Assembly: GCA_038845265.1 (NCBI GenBank)
Contig: JAWBQR010000002.1
Coordinates: forward strand, 1 to 64,000
From: Nitrososphaerota archaeon
GTDB taxonomy: Archaea > Thermoproteota > Nitrososphaeria_A > Caldarchaeales > Calditenuaceae
DNA length: 64,000 nt
Direction of reading: 5' to 3'
Part shown: one piece after another, positions 9,241-18,747 of the stretch
How positions within the stretch are numbered: the first letter of the stretch is position 1
How the letters are laid out: each line of letters begins with the position of its first letter
Translations under genes and position numbers: made by a program
Notes under the pieces: generated by a model
What the model was told of the DNA's origin: nothing
The model's input: the letters and a program-made list of their open reading frames with translations, nothing else
The model's database searches: none

Positions 9241-9780
9241 GTGTATAGCTTCAAGATCCTTATCCTTGGGCCTTTTAATGCAGGCAAGACAACGCTTGTG
9301 CAGACACTTTCAGAAATCAGCATGACGACTGAGAGAGAAATAACTAGGCCAGAGGAGAGGGCTAAGAAGACTAAGACAACTGTCGCGATGGACTTCGGCA
9401 TAGTCAACCTAGGTGACGGCTATGTGGTAAGATTATTTGGGACCCCTGGACAGAGGAGATTCTCATTCATGTGGCGAGTCCTAAGTAAGGGCATTCACGG
9501 ATACATACTTATCATTGATTCTACCGATGAGGAGTCAATCATGGAGGCCATCAGGATACACGAAAACTTTAGGGAGGAGCATCGCGATGTACCCTACGTC
9601 ATAGCAGCGAATAAGCAGGATCTACCGGGTGCAATGTCCGCATTAGACATCAGGCTTGCATTAGACGTGCCGGATGAGGTGCCGGTAATACCTACAATAG
9701 CGACGAATCATCAGTCAGCCTGGAACGTATTGAGCACACTGCTTGAACGATGCATAACTAAGTGGAAAATAGTTATTTAG
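9241..9780 (+). CDS. MglA/CvnD-like small GTPase
   Basis: G1 GPFNAGKTT, TTVAMDFG, FGTPGQRRF, G4 NKQD. Confidence 0.92.
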   Translation: MYSFKILILGPFNAGKTTLVQTLSEISMTTEREITRPEERAKKTKTTVAMDFGIVNLGDGYVVRLFGTPGQRRFSFMWRVLSKGIHGYILIIDSTDEESIMEAIRIHENFREEHRDVPYVIAANKQDLPGAMSALDIRLALDVPDEVPVIPTIATNHQSAWNVLSTLLERCITKWKIVI

Positions 9781-9782
9781 GA

Positions 9783-10337
9783 CTAAAACTTAACCCAACT
9801 AAAGACGAGATATCGAACCTTTTCAGCCATGAGGTCAGGAATAGCAATTATGAAGTTTTTCCGAACAGTGGTAGCAAGCCTACCGGCCCTGACGAGCTCG
9901 GTTGCATGAATATAATCATTAATAGTCTTAACCTGAACTATGAATGGTGCATGATCAATTCCCGGTCCATGTTTATAGACTGCAAAATCGCTTCCAAACT
10001 TTATCCCTGGCGTAACTATGAATCCACGCTTTCTTAGATCCTTATAAACTATGTATAGCTCACTGAACCTTGAATAGTATTCTTTTCCGAGGTTTTCTAG
10101 TTCTTCTCTGCTTAGTGCTTTATTATTTTTATAAACGGTCAGCTCACCCTCATCATGTAGGTATAATGCTTCTATGAGGTCCAGTACCAAAGGCTCGTCG
10201 AAGTTTAATTCTTTGGGTTTAGAAATTCCCAGAGGCTTACCATAATAACCTAATGCATATAGTCGCCTAGCATCTTCTTTATTGAAGATTACAATGTTTC
10301 CTTCAACGAACTCGGCCCTCATCACGACTTTTGACAC
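9783..10337 (-). CDS. endA: tRNA-splicing endonuclease
   Basis: LDLIEALYL, VYKDLRKRG, GIKFGSDFAVY, HAPF, RLATTVRK. Confidence 0.95.
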   Translation of the reverse strand: MSKVVMRAEFVEGNIVIFNKEDARRLYALGYYGKPLGISKPKELNFDEPLVLDLIEALYLHDEGELTVYKNNKALSREELENLGKEYYSRFSELYIVYKDLRKRGFIVTPGIKFGSDFAVYKHGPGIDHAPFIVQVKTINDYIHATELVRAGRLATTVRKNFIIAIPDLMAEKVRYLVFSWVKF

Positions 10338-10449
10338 CTAAATTTTATTTATTCTATCTATTCAACATGTAGTTTATCGAAATTAATAGTTAAGCATTAT
10401 TCTTAAACATGCATACTGGGAGTATGATATGACACGACTTGATTAGTGA

Positions 10450-11112
10450 TTACTTTATTTGTGGAAATAATGCCTTTATTATGTTAGTTATTTCTTCAGA
10501 CTTATCAGCAATATCTTCTAACATGTGAGTAATCTCCCTCATCAGTAACAAATGAGGAATAGAGATCTTACTCTGCAGGAGCATGATATCTAATTTTCTG
10601 AACAATTCATCAACTTTGTGTTCTTGCTCTTCAATCTCTATTAGCTTTGAGTAAAGCACTGAAGAGTCAAGCGTAATTGCAAGTATAGCCTCCTTCAGCT
10701 TCTCAACAGTTACGAAGACATTATCAGAAAGCTCTGATAATCGTTGATAAATATTCTCGTCGTGAAAACCTAATTTTTGAAGGCTCAGAAGCCTAAATGC
10801 AGCGCCTTCAGCTTTATCTGAGATTTTATCTAGACAACTTATTAGTCTAATGAAGTCTTCTCTTTCTTGGAGTAGCGAGCCTATCTTCATAATTTGCTCA
10901 CCTGTTGAATGTTTAAGCTTTTTACATTCTTCATCAAGTTTTAAAATCTCGTTATATTTCTGGACTAAGACACTTTCACTCTTTCTATAAGTAACATCCT
11001 CAATCATGAGTGAGAGAATACGCATAACATCCATAATTTTCCGGGCCTGTTCCTGAGTTAGAAGCATGATGGTATTCTCTATATCTTCAATTCTCTGGCG
11101 AGGAAATGCCAT
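10450..11112 (-). CDS. DUF47/PhoU-like phosphate transport regulator
   Basis: REDFIRL..LDKISD, EHKVDEL, LEDIADKSE helical repeats. Confidence 0.8.
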   Translation of the reverse strand: MAFPRQRIEDIENTIMLLTQEQARKIMDVMRILSLMIEDVTYRKSESVLVQKYNEILKLDEECKKLKHSTGEQIMKIGSLLQEREDFIRLISCLDKISDKAEGAAFRLLSLQKLGFHDENIYQRLSELSDNVFVTVEKLKEAILAITLDSSVLYSKLIEIEEQEHKVDELFRKLDIMLLQSKISIPHLLLMREITHMLEDIADKSEEITNIIKALFPQIK

Positions 11113-11174
11113 ATTAGCCCTCCCTTAATTAAATAATATGTCATGAGTTGCTTATATAATTAAACTCTGGGACA

Positions 11175-12638
11175 CTAGCTAATAGAAAGTATGGCTGAGA
11201 GCGTATTTTTGAGTTCAGATACATGTATACGACGTTGAGCCATAGTGTCTCTATCCCGAATGGTTACTGTGTCATCGTTCAATGTCTGATAATCAATAGT
11301 TACGCATACAGGTGTTCCTATCTCATCCATCTTTCTATACCTCCTTCCGATATCTCCTTTCTCATCAAATATGGAGTCAAAGTCTAGCTTTATCATTTCA
11401 TAGATTTTTAATGCCTTCTCCGGCAGTCCGTCCCTAGAGACAAGTGGAAAAACAGCCACCTGAATTGGGGCTAAGAAGTATGGAAGCTTAAGAATCCTCC
11501 TGTTCTGAGTCTCTGAATAGCTATGCTCTATCAATGTATAGAGGCTTCTATCAACCCCCATAGAAAGTTCGAATACGTGAGGTACTATTTTTTCTCCATC
11601 ATCTAGAACCATCAAGTCCTTACCACTTACCTTCATGTGGCCTGATAAATCATAATCTCCTCTATAGTTACATGCGACTAGCTCAACCCATCCTAGAGAT
11701 GTTTCTGCCTCAAGATCCCATGCCTCGATTGCGTAAAATGCTTTTTCTTCCTCATCAAGCTGTCTCAGTCGTAGCCTATTTCTATCTAGACCTATTTTCT
11801 CGTAAAAATGCTGGATTAATGCGAGGTAGTAAGCTGAAAAATAGTTAGATATTACTCCAGTCTCGACGGCTTCACGGCAGGTCATTTCTACGACATCCCT
11901 GCCTTTAGGCATCAGCCTGAGCTTATAATCCGCCATACTCTTGACTTTTTCATACTCATTTGCTTTTTTTGGGTTAAAGAAGACTTCTATCTCTGCTTGA
12001 TAAAACTCTCTTAGACGCATTAAGCTTTGACGTGGAGAGATTTCATTCCTGAAGCTCTTTCCAAACTGGCAGATGGCAAATGGCAGTTTGAGCCCCATAG
12101 TCATATAGATTCGATGAAAATCAACAAATATGCTCTGACAAGTCTCTGGTCTTAGATATGCCTCGTCCTCTGCACCACCGACTCTAACCTGGAACATCAT
12201 GTTAAACCTACCAACCTTCCCCAACTCGCCTCTACATATCGGACAATTAACATTATATTTTCTCAGTAATTCATCAATTTCTTCGTCCCTTACCCTCTCC
12301 GGAACTCTTATGCCTATCTTCTCCTCAATTAGTCTGTCAACTCTATGGAGTGCTCCACATTTTTTGCATCTCGATACTGGATCAGCGAAGCTTTCAAGAT
12401 GTCCTGAAGCTATGAAGACTTGCTTAGCCATTATTTGTGAACCATCTATCTCTATCATGTCGTCTCTTCTTACGAGCTCTCTTCTCCACATCTCTATGAA
12501 CCTGTTTCTGAGTAGAACACCTAGCTTTCCGTACTCCCAGAAGCCTGCAGGTGCGTCGCTGTATATCTCGCAAGATGGAAAGAAGAATCCTCTATTGAGG
12601 AATAGCTTCATCAATTTGTCATAGAGGTTCTCGACCAA
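11175..12638 (-). CDS. glyS: Glycine--tRNA ligase (alpha2, archaeal/eukaryotic type)
   Basis: SGHLESFADP, YLRPETCQ, GKSFRNEISPRQ, DEIGTP anticodon domain. Confidence 0.97.
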   Translation of the reverse strand: MVENLYDKLMKLFLNRGFFFPSCEIYSDAPAGFWEYGKLGVLLRNRFIEMWRRELVRRDDMIEIDGSQIMAKQVFIASGHLESFADPVSRCKKCGALHRVDRLIEEKIGIRVPERVRDEEIDELLRKYNVNCPICRGELGKVGRFNMMFQVRVGGAEDEAYLRPETCQSIFVDFHRIYMTMGLKLPFAICQFGKSFRNEISPRQSLMRLREFYQAEIEVFFNPKKANEYEKVKSMADYKLRLMPKGRDVVEMTCREAVETGVISNYFSAYYLALIQHFYEKIGLDRNRLRLRQLDEEEKAFYAIEAWDLEAETSLGWVELVACNYRGDYDLSGHMKVSGKDLMVLDDGEKIVPHVFELSMGVDRSLYTLIEHSYSETQNRRILKLPYFLAPIQVAVFPLVSRDGLPEKALKIYEMIKLDFDSIFDEKGDIGRRYRKMDEIGTPVCVTIDYQTLNDDTVTIRDRDTMAQRRIHVSELKNTLSAILSIS

Positions 12639-12659
12639 CTTAATACACCCTAGAAATAT

Positions 12660-13412
12660 TTATTGAGATAGTCGTGCACCACAATTTGGGCACTGGCCAC
12701 CCAGCTCAGACCATGCGTCTGCACAGTCCTTATGGAAGAGAGCGCCACATGAGTTACATGCATAGGCGGTCTCTGGAGTTAATTGGTCATAACATATAAC
12801 GCATTGCGAGCCCTCAGGCACGTTCTGAGCAGGAGAATAATTTGGACCAGCAGACACTGCTCCCCCTTCTGTAGGTTGTTCAATACTTACTTGTTCAGTC
12901 TCCTCCGACATAGATTCGAGCTCGTATTGCTGGTACGTAGGTGATCGCCACGCGCCGCCGATCTGCTGCGTCCTTACACTAAGACTCACAAGTCCCGCTA
13001 GGACTGCTGCACCTGCGATTCCAATGCCTGAAAATATAGCGGCGAACAGCCCGATCTCTGGGTTAAAAGTCACATCAAACCGCGGCATCTTAAGCATGTA
13101 TGAATAAATGGGGGATAATATTGCAAGTGAGGCTGAGGCACCTGCAGCTGAAGGAACCACAACCCTGACTATGCTTATTTTCCTTGAGAGTGAGGCCACT
13201 ACTCCAGCTAATCCTGCGAGGGCACCGGCTGCCAAGGAAAGCATTAGGCTCTCATTCAGCCAATACCCTAAAAGTGTCTGTCTTTGAAGTGTATCATATG
13301 TGACTGCAAACCAAGTCAATAGCAATGTTAAGGTATGGAATGCGCCTAAAAGTGATATAAGGGCGCCGACCCTCATGAACCTTGAGAGTGCCTCCGAGAC
13401 AGGTGTAATCAT
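12660..13412 (-). CDS. Four-TM membrane protein with C-terminal C4HC3 RING-like finger
   Basis: Four hydrophobic segments, acidic linker, CVIC-x11-CNSC-x4-H-x2-C-x10-CPNC; start placed at ATG 13412, ~30 nt downstream of TATA-like box at 13441-13450. Confidence 0.8.
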   Translation of the reverse strand: MITPVSEALSRFMRVGALISLLGAFHTLTLLLTWFAVTYDTLQRQTLLGYWLNESLMLSLAAGALAGLAGVVASLSRKISIVRVVVPSAAGASASLAILSPIYSYMLKMPRFDVTFNPEIGLFAAIFSGIGIAGAAVLAGLVSLSVRTQQIGGAWRSPTYQQYELESMSEETEQVSIEQPTEGGAVSAGPNYSPAQNVPEGSQCVICYDQLTPETAYACNSCGALFHKDCADAWSELGGQCPNCGARLSQ

Positions 13413-13556
13413 GCCGTTAAAATCATAAGATGTTTTCCTACTATATAAATTAGCGCCATGAAGGGGCTGAAATACCTCCATTAGAACGTATATGTCTGCA
13501 TAAGATGACCGCAATGCGAAAGTTTATAAGCAAAATTTTCTATCTGTGAAGGAGTA

Positions 13557-14396
13557 ATGAGCCTATTCGGAAAGAAGGGCGAGGAGCTGGGACGCATAAC
13601 CGAGCTCCTTACAGAGCTTATAAATAAACTTGAAGGCATGGAGGGAAGACTTGCGTCCAGAATTATCGAACCACTAGAGGCAGGAATAGTAAGTATAAAG
13701 TCTGACATAGAATCTATGAAGGGGACCCAGCCCTCTGAGTTATTGGCCGAGTTTAGAGACGCTATAAGGGTTTTAAAGCTCTCAGTCTCAACAATCCAGG
13801 CACTTCAGGAACATGAAAGCAACCTGAGAGAGATACTCGAGTTTCAAAATTCACAGGTTGAACAGCTCGAACAAGTAAGGCGGTCAATAGCTGCTGAACG
13901 TGAGGCATTAAAAGAAGAGAAGGAAAAGCTTGAAGAGCTTAAGCACCAAATAGAGATATGGAAACAAGAGCTGGATAAAAAAGAGGCGACTCTTGCAAAC
14001 TATGAACAAGATATCAGGATACTTGAGGAACGTAAGGAAGAACTTGAAAGAAAGATCAAGGAGCTAAACGAGCAGTACGTAGAGCTAATAGAGCAGGCAA
14101 ATAATAGATTAGAAAGGGCCTTCAGAGAGCTGGATCGACGGTTCAAGATAAGAGAGATAAAACTTGAGAGATTATCTAGATTGGAGGAGAGAAAGAGAGA
14201 GGAGATAGCAAGGCTCGAGTTAGAGAAGAAAACTCTTGAAGAGTATAATAAACAATTTACAGAGCTAGTAGAAGAGGTAAAGAAGCTCGAGAAGAAGAAG
14301 GAATTGCTACTTCAGGAGATAAGTAGTCTTGAGGCTGAGAAACATAATCTAGAGAAATTAAAACAAGAACTTAGGAGCAATATACTAAAAGGATAG
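13557..14396 (+). CDS. Long coiled-coil protein, function unknown
   Basis: E/K/L heptad-rich over ~200 aa; MSLFGKK N-terminus; TATA-like tttataag at 13523-13530. Confidence 0.8.
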   Translation: MSLFGKKGEELGRITELLTELINKLEGMEGRLASRIIEPLEAGIVSIKSDIESMKGTQPSELLAEFRDAIRVLKLSVSTIQALQEHESNLREILEFQNSQVEQLEQVRRSIAAEREALKEEKEKLEELKHQIEIWKQELDKKEATLANYEQDIRILEERKEELERKIKELNEQYVELIEQANNRLERAFRELDRRFKIREIKLERLSRLEERKREEIARLELEKKTLEEYNKQFTELVEEVKKLEKKKELLLQEISSLEAEKHNLEKLKQELRSNILKG

Positions 14397-14567
14397 GGAT
14401 AGTATTGATATCTACTCCTCATTTTGCTCTCGCTTGGTCTTAAAGTATCGCAGAGAAACACAGTCTAGAGAAATTAAAACAAGAACTTAGAAGCAATATA
14501 CTAAAAGGATAAGGATAGTATTGATTTCTACACTTCATCTTGCTCTCGCTTGGTCTTAAAGTATCGC
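14334..14567. repeat. Imperfect tandem duplication, period 116 bp, containing both convergent gene ends
   Basis: 14334-14451 aligns without gaps to 14450-14567 with 9 mismatches (hand alignment). Confidence 0.95.
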
Positions 14568-14905
14568 TCCACCAATTCGCTTAGATAGTCTATTGTATCT
14601 GTCTTATCGGAGATCTCATTTAAAATTTCTTCAAGATAGTTAAGTTTTTCATAGAGATTCTTAATTTCTGCTCGGAGCGACTCTATTGCTGATAAAATAT
14701 TTTCGAGGCTCTCGGGTTTTAAGAATTGTCGTGCGGTTTTTTTCTCGAGTGATTCAAGCCTGATATCTTGCTCCATTAATACTTCTGCTATATCTTCAAT
14801 TGCCTTGCTGATGCTGTCATATGTCGGGACCTTTCCGCGAGGAGTATCTACCCAATCAATCTTAATCTCCACTTCATCTACTTCATTCTTATTTTCTCCA
14901 CTCAA
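14528..14905 (-). CDS. Coiled-coil hypothetical protein
   Basis: Heptad pattern; TTG start overlaps the stop of the upstream RING gene (TTGA). Confidence 0.75.
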   Translation of the reverse strand: MSGENKNEVDEVEIKIDWVDTPRGKVPTYDSISKAIEDIAEVLMEQDIRLESLEKKTARQFLKPESLENILSAIESLRAEIKNLYEKLNYLEEILNEISDKTDTIDYLSELVERYFKTKREQDEV

Positions 14906-15108
14906 GCCAAAGCCACCTTACATTTTGGACAAACACCCTTAGTCCCTATAAGGCTTTTGTAGCAGTCTGTGTGAAAGACCGCTCCGCAATTACTGCACCT
15001 ATTGTAATCAGTCCCCTCCTCTATTTCGAGTAGACAGGCATCGCAGGTAAGTATCTCCCAGACCCACTTACCGACCGATATTCCCTGAACAACCTTTATG
15101 CTTCTCAA
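14902..15108 (-). CDS. Stand-alone C4HC3 RING-like zinc-finger protein
   Basis: CDAC-x12-CSNC-x4-H-x2-C-x10-CPKC. Confidence 0.8.
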   Translation of the reverse strand: MRSIKVVQGISVGKWVWEILTCDACLLEIEEGTDYNRCSNCGAVFHTDCYKSLIGTKGVCPKCKVALA

Positions 15109-15218
15109 CGTCTTAACTAGCGTCTCATTGACTATTTAAATTTGCTAAAAGCTCAGGATTTGGATTAAATTAGCAGTTTAGGTTTTTTAATAATCATTAG
15201 CATATACAGAGGGAACAA

Positions 15219-15728
15219 ATGGGTATTTACGCTTTGATGAACTCGATGTGGCGTGAGAAGCCTAGCGAGCTACGAGAACTGCTGCGGCAGCGTAGAATAC
15301 GCTGGAGAAGGGAACCATCAGTCGTCAGGATTGAAAAGCCAATCAGGCTCGATAAAGCGAGGGTGCTTGGCTACAAAGCTAAACAGGGATTTGTAGTCCT
15401 GCGGGTAAGGGTGAGGAGGGGAGGCTTCAGCAAGCCGAGACCAAATAGTGGCAGAAGACCCAAGGCAATAGGTGTTGTCCTACATAAGGTAAACGTGACA
15501 ATGCTAGAAGAAGCAATAAATAGATGTGTCAAGAAGTATCCAAATCTTTACCCACTAGGCGGATACCCGCTGACTTATGATAGTCTATATTACTGGTTCG
15601 AGGTCGTAATGATTGATCCATACCATCCAGCAATTATTTCAGATCCAGAGATAAAAATTCCCGCTCCTCTTAAAAGACGCATCCTAAAAAAGAGGAGCAA
15701 AAGAGAAAAATATTCCTTGGGAAGTTAA
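15219..15728 (+). CDS. rpl15e: 50S ribosomal protein L15e
   Basis: RLDKARVLGYKAKQGFVV, RRGG..RPNSGRRPK, WFEVVMIDP. Confidence 0.97.
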   Translation: MGIYALMNSMWREKPSELRELLRQRRIRWRREPSVVRIEKPIRLDKARVLGYKAKQGFVVLRVRVRRGGFSKPRPNSGRRPKAIGVVLHKVNVTMLEEAINRCVKKYPNLYPLGGYPLTYDSLYYWFEVVMIDPYHPAIISDPEIKIPAPLKRRILKKRSKREKYSLGS

Positions 15729-15771
15729 ATCTCGGCTCTCTGAATATTATTCAGGGTGGCTCGAACTGGCA

Positions 15772-17022
15772 GTGTTTATAGCCTCAGCCACTAGAGGTCT
15801 TGCTAGCTACATTCATTTAGCTAATAGTGTAGTGGAAGAATTGATTAGGAGATGGCCCGTAATTGATTTCTTCCTAGACGGTCAAAGAGCCTCTCTTAAT
15901 GAACTAACACAGCCTTTCCATAAATTTGCAGTTATCGTGTTCCACAGTGGCAGTGATGTTGTAACTATAGGTAAGAATGAAATAGATATCAATCTCGCCC
16001 CCTCAACTGTTCTTAATGACTCCTCACTCATGGACTCGCCCTTCTTCCTCAAGGTCAAGCTAGGCGAAGGAGTCATCAGAGCTAATACTGATAATTTTTC
16101 AACATTTCCACTCTCAGTAGTCTTCAGCGAGCCAATAATTACAGCTAGTTGGAATCAACTTCTCTGTAGTTTTGGGCAAAGATATCGTCTAATCGCTCCA
16201 TCTACAGAATTATTAATCAACAAAGATGGATTAACCGAGATAAGAGAGTTTACATCTATGAACTATATCCATGACCACTCTCCCGAATCGCTATTAAATT
16301 TAATAGATTCTTCGGTTAGGAAAAGCGTTTCTAAAAGGTGTGCTATTCTTTTTTCTGGTGGTCTTGACAGTACTCTTCTACTGAAACTAATCATGGACTC
16401 AGGAAGAAAAGTCCTAGCTATTTCCGTAGGTCTAAATAAGTCACATGACTTAGCATTATCTGAGAAGGTAGCTAAACTAATAGGTGCCGATAGGTTCACA
16501 GTTGAACTATCTCAAGAAAAAATACTGCAAAGCTCAATTCATATTAGGAATATGCTGAGAATTAATGGATTAATGGATACTTCGATTGCAGTCCTCTTCT
16601 ATAACGGTGCCCTTGAGGCGGCAAGTAGTGGTATAAGACAATTAGTTGCTGGTCAGGGCGCAGATGAGCTATTCGGCGGCTATAAAAAATATCTTAGAAT
16701 ATACGAATCTTCAGGGCCAATCAATGTTGAAAAAGTTATGACACAAGATTTAGTGAGCCTTTGGAGAAATGGAATAGTCAGAGACTACTCAGCTACAGCA
16801 CTTGCCGGATGCTTACTCACACTTCCTTACCTTGACCCAGATATAGTTGGTTTTTTAAAATCATTGCCAATTTCAGCCAAAATTAGCCCGCCATTAAGAA
16901 AGTTAATTTTAAGAAAAGTTTGCAGTGCTGCTGGATTGCCTGAGGAAGTATGTATGTATGAGAAGAAGGCCGCTCAATATGGGAGCGGAATTGAGAAGGT
17001 ACTTAGAAAGGCGTATAGATGA
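15772..17022 (+). CDS. Asparagine synthase-like protein (synthetase domain; N-terminal glutaminase not recognisable)
   Basis: FSGGLDS PP-loop, GQGADELFGGY, KKAAQYGSG. Confidence 0.8.
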   Translation: MFIASATRGLASYIHLANSVVEELIRRWPVIDFFLDGQRASLNELTQPFHKFAVIVFHSGSDVVTIGKNEIDINLAPSTVLNDSSLMDSPFFLKVKLGEGVIRANTDNFSTFPLSVVFSEPIITASWNQLLCSFGQRYRLIAPSTELLINKDGLTEIREFTSMNYIHDHSPESLLNLIDSSVRKSVSKRCAILFSGGLDSTLLLKLIMDSGRKVLAISVGLNKSHDLALSEKVAKLIGADRFTVELSQEKILQSSIHIRNMLRINGLMDTSIAVLFYNGALEAASSGIRQLVAGQGADELFGGYKKYLRIYESSGPINVEKVMTQDLVSLWRNGIVRDYSATALAGCLLTLPYLDPDIVGFLKSLPISAKISPPLRKLILRKVCSAAGLPEEVCMYEKKAAQYGSGIEKVLRKAYR

Positions 17023-17058
17023 TACTCTTAATAAAAATTAAAGACACCTTATTTTATC

Positions 17059-17484
17059 TTGAAGCCCCGTGAATTAGAGCTTCCAGCCCTTTTAGAAAGA
17101 TTGATTAATGAACATGACGAGATAAAAAAATCTTTTAGAGAGTTGTCAACATTACTATTCGAGAATAAATTTTTAACTGTAGCAAATAAGCTCGAGGAAC
17201 TTAAACTCATCATTGACCAACATATAATTGATGAAGAGGCAAAAATACTAAAATTTCTTCTGAATACAGTTAGTAAAGAAGAATCATCTCAGGCAATAGC
17301 CATCTTTCAACAACACCGGGAGATTCATCAACTATTAAAGGAGCTACAGGAAAATGTCCAATTATTAAGAAAAGAATCGGCCATAATCAGAGACGAACTA
17401 GAGAATATTATGATGATTCATTTTGAAGCCGAGGAGCATCAAATTTTTCCACCTGTCTTCAAGCTATATAAAAAGGTGCTTTAA
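17059..17484 (+). CDS. Hemerythrin/HHE cation-binding domain protein
   Basis: EH, HxxxEE, QH, HxxxEE..FP pattern. Confidence 0.85.
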   Translation: MKPRELELPALLERLINEHDEIKKSFRELSTLLFENKFLTVANKLEELKLIIDQHIIDEEAKILKFLLNTVSKEESSQAIAIFQQHREIHQLLKELQENVQLLRKESAIIRDELENIMMIHFEAEEHQIFPPVFKLYKKVL

Positions 17485-17544
17485 CTACTAAATGAATGAT
17501 TTATGACATATCTTTAAAAACAAGTACGTAAAATTCATGCCTAG

Positions 17545-18729
17545 ATGACTAGCAAATTCTCTATTACCTTTTCACTGATCGCATTAGTTCTTGTAGTGTT
17601 TATCGCGGTTAATTTAGTACAAGTAGGAAACCAACTCGCAGATCTCCGCTCTTCTTTCTCGACTCAACTTTCATCATTCTCGAGCATTCAGAAAGAGTTA
17701 TCGAGCGTTAGGGCGGAACTGAGCAGAATAGCTCCATCTACATCTACAATCACAATTACTGCGGGGGGTGACTCTACTGGCTGGGTATCCAACATCTATG
17801 AAAGTGTCAAGGACTCAGTAGTAATGATAACTGTAGACACAAGATATGGAACAGCCGTAGGATCAGGCTTCATATACGATGATAAAGGACACATAGTGAC
17901 TAATAATCACGTAGTAGCAGATGGCGTCAAGTTTACAGTATCATTTCTAGATGGAACGGTGCTCAGCGCCACTCTGGTCGGACAGGATCCAGACACAGAT
18001 CTCGCCGTCCTTAAGATTGATCCTAAAGATATCTCATTAAAACCTCTAAGGCTAGGGAACTCAACTAACCTAAAAATAGGTGAGATGATAATTGCAGTTG
18101 GAAACCCGTTTGAGCTCGCGGGATCAGTTACTCTAGGCATAGTAAGTCAGAAGGGAAGATTACTGCCGACTGAACGAGGATACCTTATACCAGGAATTAT
18201 CCAGATAGACGCCGCGATTAATCCAGGTAACTCTGGTGGACCGTTACTGAATTCAAGAGGAGAAGTGGTTGGTGTTACGACTGCTATAGAATCAATGACT
18301 GGAGAATTCTCGGGTATAGGTTACGCAATATCTTCAAATATTGTAGCCAGAGTTGTGCCGGTACTTATTGAGAAGGGTCGCTATCGCCATAGCTATTTAG
18401 GAATAACTGGAATCGAGCTTAACTCAGCCATAGCAGAGGCAATTGGCATTAATGCTAAGCAGGGATTCTTGGTTACGAGTGTTTCTCCAGGTAGTCCTGC
18501 GGCTAATGCGGGTATAAGAGCAGGAAACAGGACAATTACCATTTCTGGACAGAGGATCCCCGTGGGTGGCGATGTGATAGTAGCAATTAATGGCGTCCCA
18601 GTCAAGGGTTTAGACGATATACTCACTTATCTGGTAGAGAAGACAAGCCCAGGCGATAAAATAACCCTTACTGTGATTAGAGATGGAGCAGTCATGGATG
18701 TCTCTGTTACACTTGGAGAGAGACCTTAA
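17545..18729 (+). CDS. HtrA/DegP-like serine protease with PDZ domain, membrane-anchored
   Basis: TNNHVV, DLAVL, INPGNSGGP triad; PDZ; N-terminal TM. Confidence 0.95.
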   Translation: MTSKFSITFSLIALVLVVFIAVNLVQVGNQLADLRSSFSTQLSSFSSIQKELSSVRAELSRIAPSTSTITITAGGDSTGWVSNIYESVKDSVVMITVDTRYGTAVGSGFIYDDKGHIVTNNHVVADGVKFTVSFLDGTVLSATLVGQDPDTDLAVLKIDPKDISLKPLRLGNSTNLKIGEMIIAVGNPFELAGSVTLGIVSQKGRLLPTERGYLIPGIIQIDAAINPGNSGGPLLNSRGEVVGVTTAIESMTGEFSGIGYAISSNIVARVVPVLIEKGRYRHSYLGITGIELNSAIAEAIGINAKQGFLVTSVSPGSPAANAGIRAGNRTITISGQRIPVGGDVIVAINGVPVKGLDDILTYLVEKTSPGDKITLTVIRDGAVMDVSVTLGERP

Positions 18730-18747
18730 AAAATATAAAAATCTTGA

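Noticed and set aside
14334-14567. Duplication as a DGR template/variable repeat or a CRISPR unit
   Set aside because: Mismatches are not confined to adenines of one copy, there is no reverse transcriptase in the window, and there are only two long units with no spacers
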